From NCBI GenBank assembly GCA_034432595.1, contig DAOUBT010000004.1, forward strand, positions 18,892 through 82,891: a DNA stretch of 64,000 bases. The letters are read 5' to 3'. Every line of letters begins with the position of its first letter. Within the stretch, counting starts at the first letter, position 1. The translations under genes were made by a program, and so were the position numbers. Shown here in pieces: positions 18,042 to 26,659 of this stretch. Source of the stretch: Anaerolineae bacterium. Its GTDB lineage: Bacteria > Chloroflexota > Anaerolineae > B4-G1 > SLSP01. The notes beneath the pieces are model-generated. The model ran no database searches. It saw only the letters and a program-made list of their open reading frames with translations, and was not told the origin of the DNA.

Positions 18042-20138
18042 ATGTCCTTGCTTGAAAGCATCCTTTTTGACACCCCCTCACGTTCGCTGCCATGGCGTCT
18101 GTTGCAGCGGCTCCTTGTGCGCTGGGTGGCGCTGAATCCAAAGCCGGTTGAGCTTGAGTTGCTGACGCGCGCCCTTCATCACCCTGATGCGGAGGTGCAA
18201 CGCATCGCCGAACGCGGCCTGCGTCAGCTCAAGCGAGATTACCTCAAAACGCTGGTCTGCCTGATTTGGGCGCGCACGCGCGATCCACGCCTGGAGACGC
18301 TGCTGAGCGAGTTGGGCTGGATAGCCGAAAGGCCACCGGAGGTGCGCGTCCTGACGTTGTTGCTGCAGGGAACGCCGGAGGAGGTGGGAGCGCGCATCGG
18401 CAGCACGATGGTCGAGCCTTTGCTGAAGGCCTGTGAGGATGCGGACCCGCGCCTGGCGGAACGGGCGCGCGCTGCGCTCCTGGCCCTGCGCCGTAAGGAT
18501 GCCCGCGCCGCTCTGTGGACCATCGTCCGCGAGAACGGCCATCCCCTGGCCCTGAAAGCGCTGGCGCAGAGCGGAGAACCGCCCCGAGACGAAAACGAGC
18601 GCGCGTTGTTCTGGTTCTTGCTGGGCCAATGGCAGGAGTATGAGGCGCTGGATTTCGACCGCCGGCGCTTGCGCGCAGTGTACGCCACCGCTTCGGCTGA
18701 GCTGCGCGCGCGCATCCGCGAGCAGTTGCGCGCCGCCGGACGCCCGGACTTCTTAACGGTGCTCACCGGCGGGGAGACGCGCCTGCAGGCCGAGGCGCTC
18801 TCGCCCGCCGAGACGCGCACCGTGCTGGAACTGCTGGTGGGGATGGGCGCATGGCGTGAGGTGTGGGACCTGGCGCTTAAGGTGCAGGTAGCCTGGGGAG
18901 CCTGGGCGGTGGAACGATTGGTCGCCGCCGGCTGGGAGCCTGAGGACGCCGAAGAGCAGGCCCTGTTGCGCACCTTGCACGGCCTGACGCAGGCCGGATT
19001 GCTGGCCGTGCCGGATGAAATCCGGCGGCGGCAGGGTTTGCTCGATTCGCACACGCTCGTCCGCGTGCCGGGACGGGTGAACGATGTGGTCTTCGCGCCA
19101 CGTTCACCCTGGATCGCTGTGGCGACCGGCACACGCCACGCGGTCATCTGGGATTACACGCAGGGCAAGCGCAAGATGTTGCTGGGGAATCATTTCGACC
19201 ACGCGATAGGGAGCGTGGCCTTCACGCCCGATGAGCGGGTGCTGCTGGGGGAACGCACCAATCAAAAAGAGCCGGTGGATTTGTTCCTGTACACCATGCC
19301 CCCGGATAACACCATGCGCCGCCTGGGATCCCATGAGATGATGATAGCGCTGGCCGTCCCCAATGACCGCTGGGCACTTTCGGCGGGACGCGAGGGTCTC
19401 CTGCGCCTGTGGGATTTGGAAGATGGTCGTCTGCTGCAACAGCATGAGACGCAAGGCGACTGGACTCGTCAATTGTGCGTGGTGGACGAAGCGCATGTGC
19501 TCTATCTGGGCCGGCTGATGCGCCTGATAAGCCTGCCGGATTTGAAAGAGCAGAAATGGCGCTTCACCGAGGGGCGCATCACCGCGGCAACGGTGTGCGG
19601 TAAGGATGTGCTGCTGGGACGATTCAGCGGCGAGGTGATCGCCCTCGATCTGAGCGATATGGGCCGTGCGCCGAAGCGCGTCATCAGCAGCTATGAGAAG
19701 GCGGTGGTGGGCCTGGCAACGCTCGCGCGCTATGGATTGGTGTTGAGCGTGGATGGCTCCGGCTTGTTGCGCGTCCTCGATACAGAGACGTATGAGGTGC
19801 GCCACGAACAGCGTATTGGGAAAGGCCGCGCCACCTCGTTACACCTTTCGCCGGATGAGGCTTTCATGGTCCTGGGATTGAGCGAAACGGCCTTCGCGCT
19901 GTTGGATTTGCGCTTCCTGGCCCTGCCGTGGCTCTTTGCCCAACCGTTAGCCCGGCTCGGTCCCGACGAGACGGCGCGCATCCGCTGGCTGGCCGGGCAG
20001 ACCCATCTGCTCCCCGATGTGCAGCGAGCCTTGCAATTTGCGGCGCATATCCTACACTATCGCTGGCGTTACGAAATCGAGCTGGAGCAGGCGCCGGAGC
20101 TGGTCGCAGGAGAGTTCGATATCGAGATTGAGGGGTAA
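18042..20138 (+). CDS. HEAT-repeat plus WD40/beta-propeller repeat protein
   Basis: N-terminal HEAT-like repeats (HHPDAEVQRIAERGL; ACEDADPRLAERARAAL). C-terminal WD-like blades (AVIWDY; LLRLWDLEDGRLL; LLRVLDTETYEV). Ribosome-binding site GGAG. Confidence 0.7.
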   Translation: MSLLESILFDTPSRSLPWRLLQRLLVRWVALNPKPVELELLTRALHHPDAEVQRIAERGLRQLKRDYLKTLVCLIWARTRDPRLETLLSELGWIAERPPEVRVLTLLLQGTPEEVGARIGSTMVEPLLKACEDADPRLAERARAALLALRRKDARAALWTIVRENGHPLALKALAQSGEPPRDENERALFWFLLGQWQEYEALDFDRRRLRAVYATASAELRARIREQLRAAGRPDFLTVLTGGETRLQAEALSPAETRTVLELLVGMGAWREVWDLALKVQVAWGAWAVERLVAAGWEPEDAEEQALLRTLHGLTQAGLLAVPDEIRRRQGLLDSHTLVRVPGRVNDVVFAPRSPWIAVATGTRHAVIWDYTQGKRKMLLGNHFDHAIGSVAFTPDERVLLGERTNQKEPVDLFLYTMPPDNTMRRLGSHEMMIALAVPNDRWALSAGREGLLRLWDLEDGRLLQQHETQGDWTRQLCVVDEAHVLYLGRLMRLISLPDLKEQKWRFTEGRITAATVCGKDVLLGRFSGEVIALDLSDMGRAPKRVISSYEKAVVGLATLARYGLVLSVDGSGLLRVLDTETYEVRHEQRIGKGRATSLHLSPDEAFMVLGLSETAFALLDLRFLALPWLFAQPLARLGPDETARIRWLAGQTHLLPDVQRALQFAAHILHYRWRYEIELEQAPELVAGEFDIEIEG

Positions 20139-20164
20139 CTCCAGAGGAAACCGGGAGGGTTATC

Positions 20165-20662
20165 ATGCCATTCTGGTCACGCCGGAAAAAAGAGGGGGCG
20201 CCCGCGGAGGCGCGTATGTTGCAGCTCGAAGCGGAGTTACAGGCCTTGCGCCTGACGTTGGAAGAGCGTGAGGCGGAACTGCGCAGGTTACGCGCTCAGT
20301 GGGAACAGGAACGCGCGCGCAGCACGGCACAAGTGGAAGCGCAGGTGCAGGCGCAGATGGCGGCGCTGATGGAAGCCGCGGCCCCGCCTGTGGCGCAGGT
20401 GCTATTGCAGGGGTCGCTCATCGAAGCGGGGCAAGAGGTGCGGGCGCGGGACGTGTGGCTGGTGGTGCAGCGTCTGGTGCGCGTCCTGGAGGCGCACGGC
20501 CTGGAGGTGAGCACGCCCATCGGCACAGAGGTGGCCTTCGATCCGGACCGGCATCAGCCCCTGAGCGGGAGTTGCCCTGCAGGGACGCGCGCGCGCGTGC
20601 GGCTGCCGGGCCTGAGTTACCGCGGACGGCTCATCCACAAGGCGGGCGTCGTTCAGGAGTGA
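20165..20662 (+). CDS. grpE: GrpE-like nucleotide exchange factor (short, 165 aa)
   Basis: GGAGGG ribosome-binding site. N-terminal coiled coil (LQLEAELQALRLTLEEREAELRRLRAQ). C-terminal beta-domain motifs FDPDRHQPLS and YRGRLIHKAGVVQE. Confidence 0.7.
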   Translation: MPFWSRRKKEGAPAEARMLQLEAELQALRLTLEEREAELRRLRAQWEQERARSTAQVEAQVQAQMAALMEAAAPPVAQVLLQGSLIEAGQEVRARDVWLVVQRLVRVLEAHGLEVSTPIGTEVAFDPDRHQPLSGSCPAGTRARVRLPGLSYRGRLIHKAGVVQE

Positions 20663-20716
20663 AGGGGCGTGGCAACACCCTTTAAGGTCAAAACGCTCAG
20701 GCAGGGATAAAAGGCC

Positions 20717-22303
20717 ATGGCAGGACGTTTGGGGATTGATTTTGGCACGTCGAATACGGTGGTCGCGCAGTGGGATGCCCTGGCGAAGGAGGGAAAGCCG
20801 CTGCTCATCCCGGAATACAGCCATTTCTACATGCAGGGCGGAGAATCCATCGCCGTCGTGCCCTCGCTCATCCACTATACAACGGACGGGCGGCGCTGGA
20901 TTGGCGAGCAGGTGCGACAGCAGCAATTGCTGCAAGCGCCGGGCACATTCCGCTGGATGAAGCGCTACATCACGCAGCGCAGCCCCTATCGCGTGCGCGT
21001 GGGCGAGCGCGACATCACCCCCTTCGAGGCAGCGCAGGATTTCCTGACAGCGGTGTTGCTCTTCGCTGGTCAGGAGGTGGCGTTGGAAGATGAGGAAGTG
21101 GCCTTCAGCGTGCCGGTGGAGGCCTTTGAGGACTACGAGGATTGGCTGACGGGCGTGGCACAGCAGGCCGGGATGCCGCGCTTCCGCCTGATTGACGAGC
21201 CATCAGCGGCGGCGCTGGGCTACGGCGCCCCCATCCGCCCCGGCGACGTGTACCTCATTTTCGATTTTGGCGGTGGGACGGTGCACGCGGCGATGGTGCT
21301 CATCGAAGAGGCGGAACATGCAGATAGCGGCCGCCGTTGCCGCGTGTTGGGCAAGGCCGGCGCGGATTTGGGCGGTGCGGTGGTGGATCAGTGGCTCTTC
21401 ATGGATATTCTGCGCCAACAGGGCCGCTCCGAAGGGGATGAGGTGGTGCGGCGCGTGAGCAATCTGCTGCTGGTGGAATGCGAGCGCGCCAAGATTCAGC
21501 TTTCCACACAGGAGCGGGCGTCCATCAGCGTGGTGGATCCGCAAAGTGGGGCGGCTTTAGGGGCGGATTACAGCCGCGCGCAATTCGAGAGCCTGCTGGA
21601 AGCGAACGGCGCCTTCACCACCATCGAGCGGACGGTGCGCCGCGCGCTGCACGAAGCCTACGAGCGCGGTTACGACGAGGATCGCATCAAGGCGGTGTTG
21701 ATGGTGGGCGGCAGCAGTCAAATTCCGGCCATCCAGAGCCTTTTGCAGCGCAGTTTCGGACGCGAGCGGGTCATGCTCAACCGCCCCTTAGATGCTATCG
21801 CCCGTGGCGCAGCCGCTTTCGTTGCCGGCACGGATTTCTACGACCACATTCAGCACAGCTACGCCATCCGCTACCTGAACCGCGAGAAAAACGAGCACGA
21901 TTATTGGACGATTGTCGAACGCGGCACACCCTATCCGGCAGCGCAGGTGGCGCGCCTGACGGTCAAGGCGTCGTATGATCAGCAGACGCATCTGGGTGTG
22001 GCGATTTTCGAAGTGAGCGAGACACGTCAAAGCGCCGCGGGCGCGTTCGAGCTGGTGTTCGATCCGAGCGGCGCGGCGCGGTTGGCCCCCGTCAGTGCCG
22101 AGGCCACGTATCGCCGCCAATATTTCTGGATGAACGAAAAGCAGCCCACCTTCCTGGTGGCCGATCCGCCCGCGCAACAAGGGGAAAAATGTTTTGAAAT
22201 CGTGTTCAGCATAGATGCCAACAAGCGTTTGCTGCTCACCGCGCGGGATTTGCGCACAGGTAAGCTGGCCTACAAGGATTATCCGGTGGTGAAACTGACA
22301 TAA
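20717..22303 (+). CDS. Hsp70-family protein with a complete actin-like ATPase domain but a truncated substrate-binding region (528 aa)
   Basis: IDFGTSNTVVA (phosphate-1), DEPSAAALGYG (connect-1), IFDFGGGTV (phosphate-2), VLMVGGSSQIPAIQ (adenosine motif). Only about 140 aa follow the nucleotide-binding domain. Confidence 0.85.
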   Translation: MAGRLGIDFGTSNTVVAQWDALAKEGKPLLIPEYSHFYMQGGESIAVVPSLIHYTTDGRRWIGEQVRQQQLLQAPGTFRWMKRYITQRSPYRVRVGERDITPFEAAQDFLTAVLLFAGQEVALEDEEVAFSVPVEAFEDYEDWLTGVAQQAGMPRFRLIDEPSAAALGYGAPIRPGDVYLIFDFGGGTVHAAMVLIEEAEHADSGRRCRVLGKAGADLGGAVVDQWLFMDILRQQGRSEGDEVVRRVSNLLLVECERAKIQLSTQERASISVVDPQSGAALGADYSRAQFESLLEANGAFTTIERTVRRALHEAYERGYDEDRIKAVLMVGGSSQIPAIQSLLQRSFGRERVMLNRPLDAIARGAAAFVAGTDFYDHIQHSYAIRYLNREKNEHDYWTIVERGTPYPAAQVARLTVKASYDQQTHLGVAIFEVSETRQSAAGAFELVFDPSGAARLAPVSAEATYRRQYFWMNEKQPTFLVADPPAQQGEKCFEIVFSIDANKRLLLTARDLRTGKLAYKDYPVVKLT

Positions 22304-22496
22304 CAAGAACCCACGGTCAGGGTTCGCCAGGGCCTGGACTTGCAAGGCCCATCGGGGAAGGCAAGGACTTGCGCGGCTGGATGCCAGCCTGCTACTCCAA
22401 GCAGGCAGCTTAAAGCTGTACCTGAGCGGCAACAGGCCCGGAGCCAGTCGGGGTTAAGACAGCGCCCCGGCCCCTTAATCAGCACAAGGAGGTAAC

Positions 22497-22880
22497 ATGT
22501 CCCATTTTACTCGCGTTAGAACGCGCCTGAAGGAAAAGGCCTACATCATAGCTGCGCTGCAACAGATGGGATACCAGGTCCACGATCAACGGGGAAGCGT
22601 GCGCGGCTTTGGAAACAAACAGGTCGAGGTCGAGTTTAGCGTTCGCCCCCGTCCGATGAGCTACGCCATCGGTTTCCGCAAGACGGGAGAAGGGTACGAC
22701 ATCATCGCGGACTGGTGGGGCGTGCGTGGGGTCAGGCAAGCCGAGTTCACGCGCAAACTGACGCAACTTTACGCCTATCAAGCCGCAAAGCAAAACCTCG
22801 AAGCGCAGGGCTTCACGTTAGCGGAAGAGCAGGTAGACGCGGAGGGGCGCATCCATCTTCTCCTGCGCCGCATGGTTTGA
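22497..22880 (+). CDS. DUF1257 (Ycf35-like) protein
   Basis: GGAGG ribosome-binding site. N-terminal MSHFTRVRTRL... and overall length and pattern typical of the Ycf35/DUF1257 family. Confidence 0.75.
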   Translation: MSHFTRVRTRLKEKAYIIAALQQMGYQVHDQRGSVRGFGNKQVEVEFSVRPRPMSYAIGFRKTGEGYDIIADWWGVRGVRQAEFTRKLTQLYAYQAAKQNLEAQGFTLAEEQVDAEGRIHLLLRRMV

Positions 22881-22891
22881 GGAGGGATGCC

Positions 22892-23095
22892 ATGAAGTAT
22901 CAAGAGATTGAGGTCATCATCACCCCCAAAGGGGAAGTGGAAATTCGTGTAGCCGGGGTCAAGGGCATGGGCTGTGTGGAGCTGACGCGCGCCCTCGAAG
23001 AAGCCCTCGGCGAAGTGCTCGCGCGCGAGTTGCAACCCGCGGCTTACGAGAGCGAGCAGGAGGAGCAGAATCAGGCATGGCTGAAGACGAGCTAA
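22892..23095 (+). CDS. DUF2997-family small protein (67 aa)
   Basis: GGAGGG ribosome-binding site. MKYQEIEVIITPKGEVEIRVAGVKGMGCVELTRALEEALG matches the DUF2997 signature (IE-x-xIxPDG-V...GxxGxxC...LExxLG). A 12-nt gap separates it from the preceding DUF1257 gene. Confidence 0.7.
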   Translation: MKYQEIEVIITPKGEVEIRVAGVKGMGCVELTRALEEALGEVLARELQPAAYESEQEEQNQAWLKTS

Positions 23096-23661
23096 CGCTC
23101 CATGCTTTCTGGCCGCGCAGCGCCGCCAACGGGCCGGGTCTGCGCGCCGTGATCTGGGTGCAGGGCTGCACACTGCATTGCCCCGGCTGCTACAATCCCC
23201 AGACGCACGATCCGCAGGGCGGGACGCGCATCACCGTGGCGGAGCTGTTGGCGCAGCTCCTGCGCCTGCCGGACATCGAGGGGGTGACCATCAGCGGCGG
23301 CGAGCCGTTGCAGCAGATGCACCCGCTCCGGCAGCTTTTGCAGGGCGTGCGCAGCGCCTCGTCGCTATCCGTCATCCTCTTTACCGGCTACACCTGGGAG
23401 GAAATTCAGACGCTGCCGGAGCACAGCGCGCTGCTGGCCTGTGTGGACGTGCTCATCAGTGGACGGTACGTGGCCGCGCAGCGCCTGGCGCGCGACTTGC
23501 GCGGCTCGGCCAACAAAGAGGTGCGCTTTCTCACGTCGCGCTACACCCCCGCGGATTTGAGCGCCGTCCCGGAAGCCGAGGTTATCATCACGCCCGATGG
23601 GGATGTGGTGTTAAGCGGCATTCATCCTTTGCGTTGGGCGGCCAGTCCGAGGGAAAGCTGA
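23077..23661 (+). CDS. Radical-SAM activase of the NrdG/PflA-like 4Fe-4S single-cluster family
   Basis: CTLHCPGC (Cx3Cx2C) followed by YN. SAM motif ISGGEPL. 194 aa. Overlaps the DUF2997 stop by 19 nt. Confidence 0.75.
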   Translation: MAEDELTLHAFWPRSAANGPGLRAVIWVQGCTLHCPGCYNPQTHDPQGGTRITVAELLAQLLRLPDIEGVTISGGEPLQQMHPLRQLLQGVRSASSLSVILFTGYTWEEIQTLPEHSALLACVDVLISGRYVAAQRLARDLRGSANKEVRFLTSRYTPADLSAVPEAEVIITPDGDVVLSGIHPLRWAASPRES

Positions 23662-23767
23662 GGGGGAAATGGGATGGGCAACAGCCATGCCGCCGTCCAG
23701 CCGATTGTAATGCTCTCGCCAGCCAGGCAGATTTGATGAGCTATTCGCTTCTTGCGCTCCACGCCCC

Positions 23768-24292
23768 TTACCAGTTGACCGGTACGCGGCGCAGACGGTA
23801 TCGCTTGTCATAGAACTCCACATAGTGGTAGGTTCGCCCGAACTCGTACAGGCGGCGCGTGACATGGACATCCTGCTCACAGTAACGGAACAGCTCCTCG
23901 ATGCGTCCGGCGCGCCACCAGCGCACCGCCTGCAAGCCATCCGCGCTTTTCTTTTCGCCCAGCGTCGCCGCGGCCAGAGCGTCCAGGCTCACGCGGAAGC
24001 CTAATTGCCGCGCAATCACCGCCAGCATATCCACCGTGCGCAAGGCGTACAGGTTCACTGGCGTGTAAGCCTTGAGAACAAGGTAGTCAAAATCCAGCAG
24101 ATTGAAACCCACCACCACATCCGCCTGCTGTAATTCGGCAATGAGCGCCTCCACATTGGCCTCGGTGAAGCGCCCCCAACGATCGGTCCGATCGTCATAC
24201 GTGACCGCGACGGAAAGCTTGAGCTGCTCCGGAAAGCGGCCCCCTACTTCGTCAAAGGTGTTTTGCGTTTCCAGGTCGAAAAAGACGGGCAT
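23768..24292 (-). CDS. DEDD-family 3'-5' exonuclease domain protein (174 aa)
   Basis: Exo I motif VFFDLETQN. Exo III-like YCEQDVHVT. The start overlaps the stop of the upstream cyclase gene. Confidence 0.65.
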   Translation of the reverse strand: MPVFFDLETQNTFDEVGGRFPEQLKLSVAVTYDDRTDRWGRFTEANVEALIAELQQADVVVGFNLLDFDYLVLKAYTPVNLYALRTVDMLAVIARQLGFRVSLDALAAATLGEKKSADGLQAVRWWRAGRIEELFRYCEQDVHVTRRLYEFGRTYHYVEFYDKRYRLRRVPVNW

Positions 24293-24296
24293 GGTT

Positions 24297-25826
24297 CTAC
24301 TCCACCAGACTTTCCACTTCGTAAACCGGTTCCGGATGCTGCTGCCCCTTAATCCAGACCGGTGGCAATTCACGAACACGCACTTTTTCCCGCACCAAAT
24401 CGTAAGTGCGCTGACAGATAAGCACTTTCCACGCCGCAGCCAACTCTTGCAGCGCGTGGGCCTTGTTAACCGTGACCCCGATCGCCGTAAAGTTAACCAG
24501 GTTAGACGTGCCGAGGTTGCCCACCACCGCTTCACCCGTGCTGATGCCGATCCCCATCGGCAGGCGGTACTGGATAGGCAACTCGGTATGCAAGGACGCA
24601 ATGCGCTGCAAAATAGTCATAGCAGCGCGCACCGCACGCAGCGCATAATCCGCTTGCGGCAGGGGCGCATTGAAGAAAGCCATCATCCCATCCCCCAAAA
24701 ACTTATCGAGCGTGCCTTCTTGCTCCAAAATCACCGATGCCGCGCATCCCAAATGCTGATTGAGCACCCCCATCAAGACTTCGGGCGTGGTCTGCGAGCT
24801 GAAAGCCGTGAAGCCGCGAATATCGGCGAAGAGCACGCTGATGCTCTGGCGCTGTCCGCCGGGTTGCACGTCCTGCGGGTGGCGCAGGATGCGCTCCACC
24901 ACCTGCGGGGCCACGTAATGTTCAAACAGGGCGCGCAACTCGCGCTTTTCCCGTTCCCGGCGCTCCTCCACTTCGTTGAGCAGCCGCACATTCTCGATAG
25001 CAATGGCCGCGTAGTCGCCCAACATCTTCAGAAGCAAACGATCGTGCGTGGAAAAGGGCTGACGGTTGGCTTTGTTGCTCAGGGTCAGGGCGCCGAGCAC
25101 CTGTCCGCGCGATTGCAGGGGAACGCTGACCATCAAGTCAGTATCGTGCAGCATCAGAGCACGGCTTTCCAGGGAGCGATACTCATTGTTGGCATAGAGG
25201 CGGTGAGTCGCCACGTGAGGCTCGCCCGTCTGCGGATCGAGGAGCACAAGCAACCCTTCCAACGCGCCGGTAATGTAAAGCGCGGCATCCACAATGCGCT
25301 CCATAAGCTTCTCGCGCTCGTACAACATCGTCACAGACTTGCTCACGTGATACAGAGTATCCAGTTCCTTCAAGCGCTGTGCCAGGTCTTGATTGGTGAC
25401 CTTGAGCTGTTGCATCAACTGATCGCGTTCACGCTCCAGACGTGCCTGATACAACACGCGCTCCATGGCGCTAAACAACTCATCCGCGGTGAAAGGCTTG
25501 GGCACGTAATCGCGCACCCCAAGCCGAAATACCTCCACCGCCACGGATTCAGAGCCATACGAGGTGATGAGGATAACAGGAGCAAAAAATTCATGCTCTT
25601 TGAGCTTGCGCAGGACTTCGATGCCGTTCAGGCGCGGCATTTCGTAATCCAGGAGAATCAAATCAGGTTGCAGTTCCAGAGCCTTCTCAACACCATCCTG
25701 ACCATCCACCGCCACACTGACGCGATACCCCTGCGGTTCGAGAAGCGAATCCTTGATGAACTCGCGAATGTTGGGATTGTCATCCACAACCAGCACATGG
25801 ACCGGCCCTGCAAGATTGTTAGCCAT
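24297..25826 (-). CDS. Response-regulator receiver, GAF, class III adenylate/guanylate cyclase
   Basis: REC domain: VLVVDDNPNI...LILLDYEMPRLNG. Cyclase homology domain: ISVLFADIRGFTAFS...MGIGISTGEAVVGNLG. Confidence 0.85.
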   Translation of the reverse strand: MANNLAGPVHVLVVDDNPNIREFIKDSLLEPQGYRVSVAVDGQDGVEKALELQPDLILLDYEMPRLNGIEVLRKLKEHEFFAPVILITSYGSESVAVEVFRLGVRDYVPKPFTADELFSAMERVLYQARLERERDQLMQQLKVTNQDLAQRLKELDTLYHVSKSVTMLYEREKLMERIVDAALYITGALEGLLVLLDPQTGEPHVATHRLYANNEYRSLESRALMLHDTDLMVSVPLQSRGQVLGALTLSNKANRQPFSTHDRLLLKMLGDYAAIAIENVRLLNEVEERREREKRELRALFEHYVAPQVVERILRHPQDVQPGGQRQSISVLFADIRGFTAFSSQTTPEVLMGVLNQHLGCAASVILEQEGTLDKFLGDGMMAFFNAPLPQADYALRAVRAAMTILQRIASLHTELPIQYRLPMGIGISTGEAVVGNLGTSNLVNFTAIGVTVNKAHALQELAAAWKVLICQRTYDLVREKVRVRELPPVWIKGQQHPEPVYEVESLVE

Positions 25827-25914
25827 AAGACCCCAATAACTCCCAGAATGATGGGATTATTATACCGATTTTAAGCGAAGAGACAAAACTATCAAAAGAG
25901 ACAAGGTCGAACGG

Positions 25915-26098
25915 GTATCCCAGGCTCTGCCTGGGGAGCTGGCCAGCCAAACACAAGTTGCGTCCCCCCAGGCTTTGCCTGGGGACTCGCCAGCCAGAGG
26001 CTGGCAGTACGCCGTGTACCCCCAGGCTCTGCCTGGGGACAGCCAAAGGCTGGCGGTACGCCGTGTACCCCCAGGCTCTGCCTGGGGACGGCGCCACA
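25915..26098. repeat. Array of hairpin-forming tandem repeats (units CCCAGGCTCTGCCTGGGG and GCCAGCCAGAGGCTGGC), inverted relative to the 30146-30748 array
   Basis: The repeats are visible directly in the sequence. Their reverse complement aligns with the units of the second array (CCCCAGGCAAAGCCTGGGGGTGACGGTGTACCGCCAGCCTCTGGCTGGCG). Confidence 0.8.
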
Positions 26099-26171
26099 AA
26101 AAAGATACCTACCCCCAACAACAAAAGGCGCGGCTCACGCCGCGCCTTTGCGCACGTTTCCCTACTTCGCG

Positions 26172-26624
26172 TCAGCCCTCAATCTCGTGGATAACGTCTT
26201 CAGGCGATGCGTCGGTGTAGATTACCTTCATCAACCCCGGCAGGTAGCGGTCCATGGTGCGCACGTTGATGTAGATGAGATTCCGCAACATGGTGAAAGT
26301 AGCTTCGCCACCTTCAACGTCCAGCGCCGTCTTGTAGCGCACCTCGCCATCCGAGTAGTCAAACTCGAAGTTGCCGATAATCATGCCGTAGTTGGCGCGC
26401 GTGATAAACTCGACCACGGCTCCGCGCTTCTCGACCGGTGCCTTAATTGGCGCAAGCGAGTAGAAGACAAATTGCTCCATATCCTCACGCGCCTGTGCAA
26501 AGCAGGTCCACTCCCCGTTTTTGCCCGCAAAACCGGTGCGAATGACCGGACGCCCCTCAATCTCCTGATAGGGCCAGTCATCCTGCTTGAAGAAGCTGAT
26601 AAACCCATCGTAAATCCGTCCCAT
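26172..26624 (-). CDS. Small cytoplasmic protein, possibly YbjN-like (putative sensory-transduction regulator / chaperone-like fold)
   Basis: 150 aa. AAAGGATGG ribosome-binding site. The YbjN-like call rests on weak pattern similarity only. Confidence 0.45.
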   Translation of the reverse strand: MGRIYDGFISFFKQDDWPYQEIEGRPVIRTGFAGKNGEWTCFAQAREDMEQFVFYSLAPIKAPVEKRGAVVEFITRANYGMIIGNFEFDYSDGEVRYKTALDVEGGEATFTMLRNLIYINVRTMDRYLPGLMKVIYTDASPEDVIHEIEG

Positions 26625-26659
26625 GGTGATTCCATCCTTTCTACGACTACAAAGTGAAA

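Noticed and set aside
24102-25874. 590-aa plus-strand ORF opposite the REC-GAF-cyclase gene, and similar antisense ORFs at 27929-29020, 33215-33889, 36888-37835, 38133-38900, 46831-47772, 47951-48829, 49785-50732, 54184-55341, 56605-57687, 62105-63574, 18239-19147 and 9697-10515
   Set aside because: Each is fully overlapped by a gene with clear conserved catalytic motifs on the opposite strand. None has recognisable motifs. All have biased composition.
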